Source of the DNA: a bacterium
Lineage (GTDB): Bacteria; UBA8248
Length of the DNA stretch: 64,000 bases
NCBI GenBank assembly: GCA_963692865.2
Contig: OY843592.1
Span: 2,304,001-2,368,000 of the forward strand
Direction of reading: 5' to 3'
The stretch's first letter is position 1, and each line of letters opens with the position of its first letter. Of this stretch, positions 58,228 to 64,000 are shown in pieces. The position numbers and the translations under genes were made by a program. Below the pieces are notes generated by a model. That model saw only the letters and a program-made list of their open reading frames with translations. It was not told where the DNA came from and ran no database searches.

Positions 58228-58827
58228 CAACTCCCCTTGAGGGGGTTGTTGAAAAACTCCACCAATCGAGAGTGTTCACCGTCATTCCGGACTTGAGCCG
58301 GAATGACGAACAGAACTACACCGCCTCATGGGGTTGTTGAAAAACTCCTCTCCGCCTCATCCTGAGTAGCGGCGAAGCCGCGTATCGAAGGATGCCCTCT
58401 CGCCACGACGCGGGAGGGTCGGCTCCCCCCGCCGCCTTTGACAGGCTCAGGACAGGCCCCTTCGATACGCCGCCTCCGGCGGCTACTCAGGGTGAGGAAA
58501 GAGGCGTCGTCGGTTTGCAGGGTCGCATACGGGGCTTTTTCAACAGCCCCCATGGGGACAGATCGCGGCCTCGGACAGGCGCGGGGGCCTGTCCCTACGG
58601 TCGCCATTCGAAGGAGTATGTAGGGGTCGCCGCTCGGGATTGACCCACTGCGCGGCGTCGGGCTTCGCAGAACGCTTGATGCCCTCATCCCGAATAGCGG
58701 CCCCTACCCCTCATCCTGAGTAGGCGCGTAAGCGCCGTATCGAAGGATGGGGCGCGAATTTCGCCCTTCGATACAAACGCTCCTTTCTCAGTCGCGTTTT
58801 ACCTTCGGCGGCTACTCAGGGTGAGGC
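58228..58827. repeat. Large composite intergenic palindromic repeat cluster
   Basis: GGGGTTGTTGAAAAACTCC twice; CGTCATTCCGG..CCGGAATGACG; two CCTCATCCTGAGTAG..GTATCGAAGGATG..CCCTTCGATAC..GGCGGCTACTCAGGGTGAGG units; GGACAGG..CCTGTCCCTAC; GTAGGGGTCGC..GCGGCCCCTAC. Confidence 0.82.
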
Positions 58828-58982
58828 GGAGCGGAGGGCTGCGCAGGACGAGGAGGGGGATTGCGCCGCATCGGCCTTTTCCAACAGTTCGCCTTGCGCC
58901 GGTGGCTTGTGAGCCGCCGCGCTTGTCGAGTACATTGAGGCCTTCGCGTGGGGACGTCTCTTGCCGGTTCGAGGAGTCTGGT

Positions 58983-59501
58983 TTGACCGCCTTGGTTCGC
59001 TCTTTTCATTTCGCGCTTCTCGTATCCTGGCTCGCCCTCACGCTGGGGGTGTGGTGGGCCGCGACGAATTCCTTCGACGCGTTCGACGCGGTGAAGAATC
59101 CGGCGGCGGCGAAGCTGTTCGAACCCGCCTCGCGGGCGAAGATCAAGGGCCGCATGGCCGCGAGGGAGGTCAACGCCCGCATCTTCCGCGCCTGGAATCG
59201 TCTGCAACTCGTCTTTGTGGGTTTGCTGTTTCTCTCCGTCTGGCGAGGAGGGCGGATGCGCGGTCTATCACCCATTCTGGCGGGTTGCCTGCTCCTCATC
59301 GTGTGCGTCCACGTCTTTTGGTTCTCGCCGAAGATAGAGACGCTCGGCCGAATTCTCACGAGCGCCGAGGCTTCGGCGGGCGCGCCCGCCGTGCAGATCG
59401 AATTCGGGCGCTACCACGGCGCCTACGTCGTCACGGACGCGCTCAAGGCGTGCATCCTGGCCGCGGCGATATGGATTTCCCCCTGGCGCAGGGCCGCTTG
59501 A
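58983..59501 (+). CDS. Membrane protein, DUF4149-like
   Basis: GAGGAG RBS before TTG 58983; four TM segments; F...N..Q and FGRYHG motifs. Confidence 0.6.
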   Translation: MTALVRSFHFALLVSWLALTLGVWWAATNSFDAFDAVKNPAAAKLFEPASRAKIKGRMAAREVNARIFRAWNRLQLVFVGLLFLSVWRGGRMRGLSPILAGCLLLIVCVHVFWFSPKIETLGRILTSAEASAGAPAVQIEFGRYHGAYVVTDALKACILAAAIWISPWRRAA

Positions 59502-59679
59502 AGCGAGTCTTCGCACGGGTGAGAATGCCGCTCAATTTTTTTACCTCATTGCGGCGCGAGACTATCGACAAGACGGGTAAATGCGCTAGAATTACCCGTT
59601 CACGCCGCCTTGTTGTCGCTATGATGTCGTAATAGTGTCTTGGTGATGTCGTAGCGACGTCGCCATAGGGGACATCATA

Positions 59680-60561
59680 TTGAATCCCGCCTATGGGAAA
59701 CATTGGTTTTCGCCGCGCGCGCGGAATCGCACTCCGGCAGGAAAGTTCATCTTTGCGGGATTGTTTGTTTTCTCGTCGCTCATCTTCTCATCGACCCTCG
59801 CATGGGCGGTAGATGGCATCTGCAAGCCGGGTATCGTCCAGCGTGACGGACGCTTCATCCCCGTCTCGACGAGGGGCGGATGGACGCGTGTGTCGAGGAG
59901 CCGTGAAGTTCGACTCAAATTCCTGGGCCATTCGAGCTTTCTGATCAGCGCGCCGGGCGGCGGACGGGCCGTGATGGACCCCTACGTCATCCCCATCCTG
60001 GACCCGCCGCCCGAGGCCGTCACCGTCAGCAATTTCCACGAAACCCACTCCATGACGGCGCCCTACGTGGGCAAGTCGGAGATATTCTTCGGCGTGACGC
60101 AGGAGGGGAAACCCAACGCCATCGACGAGAAGTTCGGAAACCTGAGAATCGCGTCTTTTCCCCAGGTGGACGGGGACGAAAACCATCCCTTCGTCCTGAA
60201 CACCATTCACGTTTTTCAGGCGGGCGGGCTTTGCGTCGCGCACTTCGGGAACGCGCGCTTCGGCCCCTCGCCCGGGCAGATTCGCGCGCTGGGGAAAATC
60301 CATGTGCTCCTGCTTCCGATCGACGGCTCGTTCACGGTGCCCCACGACGTGGCGGCCAAGATCGTCAAGCGCATCGGCCCCAACATCGTGATACCGATGC
60401 ACTACTTCGGTCCCGAATTGACCGGTGAGTTCGAAAAGGCCCTGAAGGCCGAGGGAATCACGAGAGTCATTCGCCCGACGGAAGCCGAACTCGTGCTCAC
60501 GCGAAAAAGGCTGCCGCCGCCCACGACCTATGTGGTATTGCCCGATGTCAACGTCCCGTGA
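59680..60561 (+). CDS. Metallo-beta-lactamase-fold protein, probably exported
   Basis: Signal-like N-terminus; FLGHSSFLI, MDPY, VTVSNFHETH, AHFGN, LLPIDG, VIPMHY. Confidence 0.8.
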   Translation: MNPAYGKHWFSPRARNRTPAGKFIFAGLFVFSSLIFSSTLAWAVDGICKPGIVQRDGRFIPVSTRGGWTRVSRSREVRLKFLGHSSFLISAPGGGRAVMDPYVIPILDPPPEAVTVSNFHETHSMTAPYVGKSEIFFGVTQEGKPNAIDEKFGNLRIASFPQVDGDENHPFVLNTIHVFQAGGLCVAHFGNARFGPSPGQIRALGKIHVLLLPIDGSFTVPHDVAAKIVKRIGPNIVIPMHYFGPELTGEFEKALKAEGITRVIRPTEAELVLTRKRLPPPTTYVVLPDVNVP

Positions 60562-61393
60562 ATCGTACTTGAGCCGCCGCGCGTTCATCGCGCAATCTGC
60601 GATGGCTGCGGCCGCGCTGCTCGCCTTCCCCGGACGGGCGAAGGCGCAGTCGTCTCCCTCCGTGAGCGAGTGGCGAAGGAACCTTTGGCCGCGCTCCTCC
60701 GAGGAGGAAAAGACGTTTCTCCCCGATTTCACGCCGGCCCAACTGCGCTACTCCGGCGGGCGCTGGCGGGAATATCCCACGGCGATGACTTCTTTTCTCG
60801 ATGAGGTGAGAAAGCGCACGAGCATCGAAACCGCACAGGACGCGCAGGCGGTGGACATCTCCTCGCCGGAGATTTTCGAATATCCCTTTCTCTACATGTC
60901 GGGGCGCTACGAATTCGAGATGCCGGACGCAAGGGCGTTAGAGAATCTGAGGCGGCACCTCACCTATGGGGGATTTTTGCTCATCGACGACGGCCTCGGC
61001 CTCGAGGGGGAGGCGTTCGGGGGCGCGGTTGGGGAACTCATGCGTCTGGTCTTTCCCAGGAATTCCTTGGAGGCCCTCCACCGCGAGCACGCCGTTTTCA
61101 AGAGTTATTATCTGATTCGCACCATCGGCGGGCGTCAGGCCGTGAGCCAGGACCTGCTGGGCATCCAGGTTGGCATGTTCACGCCCGTCATCTTCTGCCG
61201 GAACGACTTGGGCGGCGCCTGGGCGAGGGGTCCCGGCGGCGGATGGCTCGAGGAATGCACCCCCGGCGGGGAGCCCCAGCGTCTCGCGGCCTTTCAGCTC
61301 GCCGTCAACATCTCCCTCTACGCGATGACGGGCAACTACAAGCAAGACCTCATCCACCACCCCTTCATCCAGCGCAGGCTGAACCAGGGCTAG
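60545..61393 (+). CDS. DUF4159 domain protein with Tat-like signal
   Basis: SRRAFI twin-arginine motif; YPFLYMSG, LRRHLTYGGFLLIDD, NDLGGAW, VNISLYAMTGNYKQDLIH. Confidence 0.85.
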   Translation: MSTSRESYLSRRAFIAQSAMAAAALLAFPGRAKAQSSPSVSEWRRNLWPRSSEEEKTFLPDFTPAQLRYSGGRWREYPTAMTSFLDEVRKRTSIETAQDAQAVDISSPEIFEYPFLYMSGRYEFEMPDARALENLRRHLTYGGFLLIDDGLGLEGEAFGGAVGELMRLVFPRNSLEALHREHAVFKSYYLIRTIGGRQAVSQDLLGIQVGMFTPVIFCRNDLGGAWARGPGGGWLEECTPGGEPQRLAAFQLAVNISLYAMTGNYKQDLIHHPFIQRRLNQG

Positions 61394-61396
61394 GCG

Positions 61397-63736
61397 ATGG
61401 ACTGGTCTACGCTCCATTGGCCCGGCGGCGCTCCCTGGTGGGTGCTCGTCATCGTTGCGGCCGGGCTGGGCTGGGCGCTCGTGCGCAGGCACCGCGATTT
61501 GACCGAAAAGCTCCCGGCGAGGCGCGTCTGGCTCCTTCAGGGGCTGAGGTTCCTGTTGTATGCGGCGATCGTCTTTTTCCTCTCGGGACCCACGCTCATC
61601 GACAGACGCGAGCGCTCCCTGCCCCCCAGACTGCTCGTTCTACTCGACAGTTCGGCGAGCATGAGCGTTCGGGACGCGAACAGCAAGAAAGCGCGCATTG
61701 ATTTGGCGAAGGATTTTCTGCTCGTCCCGAAAAAACCCGGGAAGTCGCAGTCCCCCGATGAGGGGGAGCAGGAAGATGCGGCCATGAGCCTGCTCGCGGA
61801 ACTCAAAAAGCTCTACGACGTGCAACTCGCCCGCTACGATGCGCGCAGAACCCCCATCGGAGTGCGCGAACTCGAAAAGCTTGAGGCCGCAGGCGTGGCC
61901 AGCGATCCCCTCGGCGCCGTCCGGAGCGCCTTGCGAGGCGCTCGGGAGAAGCGCCCGGCGGGTGAGGGGAAGCCCCGGAAACAGGACGGGCCCCTGGGTA
62001 TCCTGATGCTGTCCGATGGCGGGGACACCACCGAGGCGGCGCTTTCGTCCGGGGACGTGAAATCCTTTCCGCCCCTCATCGGGGTGGGCTTCGGGGCGCC
62101 CGATTCTTTTCGGGACATCGCCATTCAGGACATACAGGCTCCGCGCATCGCCTTTCAGGAAAAGGAGATGAGTCTGGAGGTTACGCTTTCGGTCAAGGGC
62201 TTTTCGGGCCGCAAGCTGCCGGTCGCTCTTACGCGCGAGGGCCGCATCATCAGAACCCGGTCCATCGACGTCAGGCGCAGTCCGTTGCGCCGTCAGGTGA
62301 AATTCCGTTTTACGCCGAGTGAGGTGGGGAGCCAGGTGTTGAGCGTGGTCACGCCCGTTCAGCGCGGCGAAATCGTGGAGTCGAACAACCGCGTGGAGAT
62401 TCCCCTGGAAGTGAGGCGAGACAAGATTCGGGTGCTGACGATCACGGGTTCTCCCACCTGGAACTATCGTTTCTTGCGCATGGCGCTCAAGCGGGACCCC
62501 GCCATCGACCTCGTGTCGTTCGTCTTCCTGAGAACGTCGGAAGACGACCCGGGCGTCCCCACGCGGCATCTGAGCCTCGTGCCGTTCCCGGTGGACAAGC
62601 TGTTTCTGGAGGAACTCAAGAACTTCGAGATCGTGGTTTTCGATAATTTCTCCGCCCAGGAGTATTTCAGCAACTACTACCTCGAGCGCGTGGGAGACTA
62701 CGTTCGAAAAGGCGGGGCGCTGCTCATGTTCGGCGGCAGGCAGTCCTTCAGCGCGGGTGGTTACTACCGCAGCCCCATCGAGGATCTTCTTCCCGTGCGC
62801 TTGCAGCAGGCGAGCGATTATCAGGACCAAAGGCGCCTGCTCGTTCAGCTGACGCCCACGGGCGGCAGGCATCCCATCACGCAACTCTCCTCGGACCTTG
62901 AGGAAAACAAAAATCTTTGGACCTCCCTTCCTCCGTTGAGGCGCGTCAACACGACGACGCCGTTCGGGAAGGGACAGGTTCTCGTTTCCACAAAAGACGG
63001 CAGGGTTCCCCTGCTCGCCACGAAGCGGATCGGCGAGGGGAGGGTGGTGAGTGTTTTCTCGGATGATATCTGGCGATGGAATTTCGGGATGGTGGCGGCG
63101 GAGAAGACGAATCGTCTCTACATCCGTCTGGTGGCGCAGATGATCCGCTGGCTCTCGGGCGACCCCGGAAGCTCCCAGGTCCAGATTCTCCCCGAGGCGG
63201 AGCAGGCCAAGGATGGAGCCTACGTTCTCAGGATGCAGGTGAGGGACGAATCCTACCAGCCGGCCCAGACGGCGCAGGTGCGGATGCAGCTTCGGGATCC
63301 CTATGGCGTCACGAACCATTATCGCGCGGTCTATCGCCCGGATTCCCGCGAATTCGAGGTTCGCTTCCGCCCGCGGGGGAACGGGAGTTATCGCGCGAGA
63401 ATGACGGCCGTCCAGGATGGGCGGGTTATCGGCGAGGCCGTGCGGACGATAGGCATCGGCCGCGAGGCGGGCAAGGCAGAGTGGGCCGACGTCAGCCCGC
63501 GCTGGGAGAACCTGCAAACGCTGGCGAAGCGCACGGGCGGGCTGTTTTTTCGCGCCGACGCGGTGGGGGAGGAGGATTTGACCGCCCGCGTCCTGGAGGC
63601 CTTGAAAGGCAAGGTGCCGCACAAGGTGATGGAAGTGCGCGACGTGCGGCTCTGGAGCATTCCCTGGATCGGGATGATTCTCGTTCTGCTGCCTGCTTTG
63701 GAGTGGACCACCCGGCGGCTTTGGGGATTGGCTTGA
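61397..63736 (+). CDS. Membrane protein with VWA-like and glutamine-amidotransferase-like domains
   Basis: N-terminal TMs, LLDSSASM, MLSDGGD, NNR..RVLTITGSPTWNYRFLR, YVRKGGALLMFGG, GEGRV...WRW, C-terminal EW..RRLWGLA. Confidence 0.8.
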   Translation: MDWSTLHWPGGAPWWVLVIVAAGLGWALVRRHRDLTEKLPARRVWLLQGLRFLLYAAIVFFLSGPTLIDRRERSLPPRLLVLLDSSASMSVRDANSKKARIDLAKDFLLVPKKPGKSQSPDEGEQEDAAMSLLAELKKLYDVQLARYDARRTPIGVRELEKLEAAGVASDPLGAVRSALRGAREKRPAGEGKPRKQDGPLGILMLSDGGDTTEAALSSGDVKSFPPLIGVGFGAPDSFRDIAIQDIQAPRIAFQEKEMSLEVTLSVKGFSGRKLPVALTREGRIIRTRSIDVRRSPLRRQVKFRFTPSEVGSQVLSVVTPVQRGEIVESNNRVEIPLEVRRDKIRVLTITGSPTWNYRFLRMALKRDPAIDLVSFVFLRTSEDDPGVPTRHLSLVPFPVDKLFLEELKNFEIVVFDNFSAQEYFSNYYLERVGDYVRKGGALLMFGGRQSFSAGGYYRSPIEDLLPVRLQQASDYQDQRRLLVQLTPTGGRHPITQLSSDLEENKNLWTSLPPLRRVNTTTPFGKGQVLVSTKDGRVPLLATKRIGEGRVVSVFSDDIWRWNFGMVAAEKTNRLYIRLVAQMIRWLSGDPGSSQVQILPEAEQAKDGAYVLRMQVRDESYQPAQTAQVRMQLRDPYGVTNHYRAVYRPDSREFEVRFRPRGNGSYRARMTAVQDGRVIGEAVRTIGIGREAGKAEWADVSPRWENLQTLAKRTGGLFFRADAVGEEDLTARVLEALKGKVPHKVMEVRDVRLWSIPWIGMILVLLPALEWTTRRLWGLA

Positions 63737-63843
63737 GCGCGCCGAATCGGCGCGGTCTTCATGGCGAACGTGCGGTAATGCAAGTCATGTATTACAATTT
63801 CGTTTATGCTCCTCGCCGTTCACTCATGTGAGGGAAACGAGAG

Positions 63844-64000
63844 ATGGCCGAGCAATCATTCAGGAAGATTACCGAGTTTCTCGATTCCGTGATCCGCGCC
63901 CGCCTCAAGGTCCGGCGCCTCGAGGCGGGGATGGTTCTGCTGCTGGGCGTTCTGGCCGTTTTGCTGCTCGCGCCTGCGGTGGTCGTCTCCCAGACCCGCT
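63844..64000 (+). CDS. Start of next membrane protein of the same cluster (truncated by window edge)
   Basis: ATG 63844, MAEQSFRKITEFL... followed by a hydrophobic segment; frame open to the window end. Confidence 0.6.
   Translation, partial: MAEQSFRKITEFLDSVIRARLKVRRLEAGMVLLLGVLAVLLLAPAVVVSQTR

Noticed and set aside
43955-58827. Palindromic repeat clusters as CRISPR arrays
   Set aside because: No constant-length identical repeats with regular unique spacers, and no cas genes in the window.
37386-63831. Many long antisense or alternate-frame ORFs (e.g. 38794-41550, 37386-39173, 54499-56007, 61640-63622)
   Set aside because: They overlap well-supported genes, are Arg/Gly/Pro-rich without motifs, and are expected shadow ORFs in high-GC DNA.

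Overview
Bacterial chromosomal window. Gene content (PxxKW protein, IspH-UbiA fusion, glnB-glnD-glnA) suggests a Nitrospinota/Desulfobacterota-like organism; this is inference. By eye, 1-31 kb is a moderate-GC core segment: LLM oxidoreductase, MFS transporters, 1-Cys Prx, tRNA-Gln(CTG), gltX, an AsmA-like giant protein, ftsK, trxA, ispH-ubiA, glnBDA, lutA/lutBC and an acyl-CoA dehydrogenase. 31.2-43.7 kb is an accessory mosaic. Two same-orientation IS256 remnants bracket an AT-rich island with (i) a tightly coupled three-gene operon [unknown alpha/beta protein - N-terminally extended Xre/MbcA/ParS antitoxin - RES toxin] and (ii) a convergent two-gene operon [wHTH + nucleoside-deoxyribosyltransferase/TIR-like protein - unknown protein]. 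Very GC-rich hydantoinase/oxoprolinase and SDR genes follow. 43.7-64 kb is GC-rich: aldehyde:ferredoxin oxidoreductase, an AhpD-like gene split by an in-frame TGA at CxxU (probable selenoprotein missed by the ORF track), three tandem EamA genes, an NAD-linked formate dehydrogenase and a DUF4159 cluster, with intergenic spaces packed with several palindromic repeat families. Best novelty candidates: the tripartite RES toxin-antitoxin-(chaperone?) operon and its neighbouring defence-like pair, the hidden Sec-AhpD, and a structured leader upstream of glnBDA.
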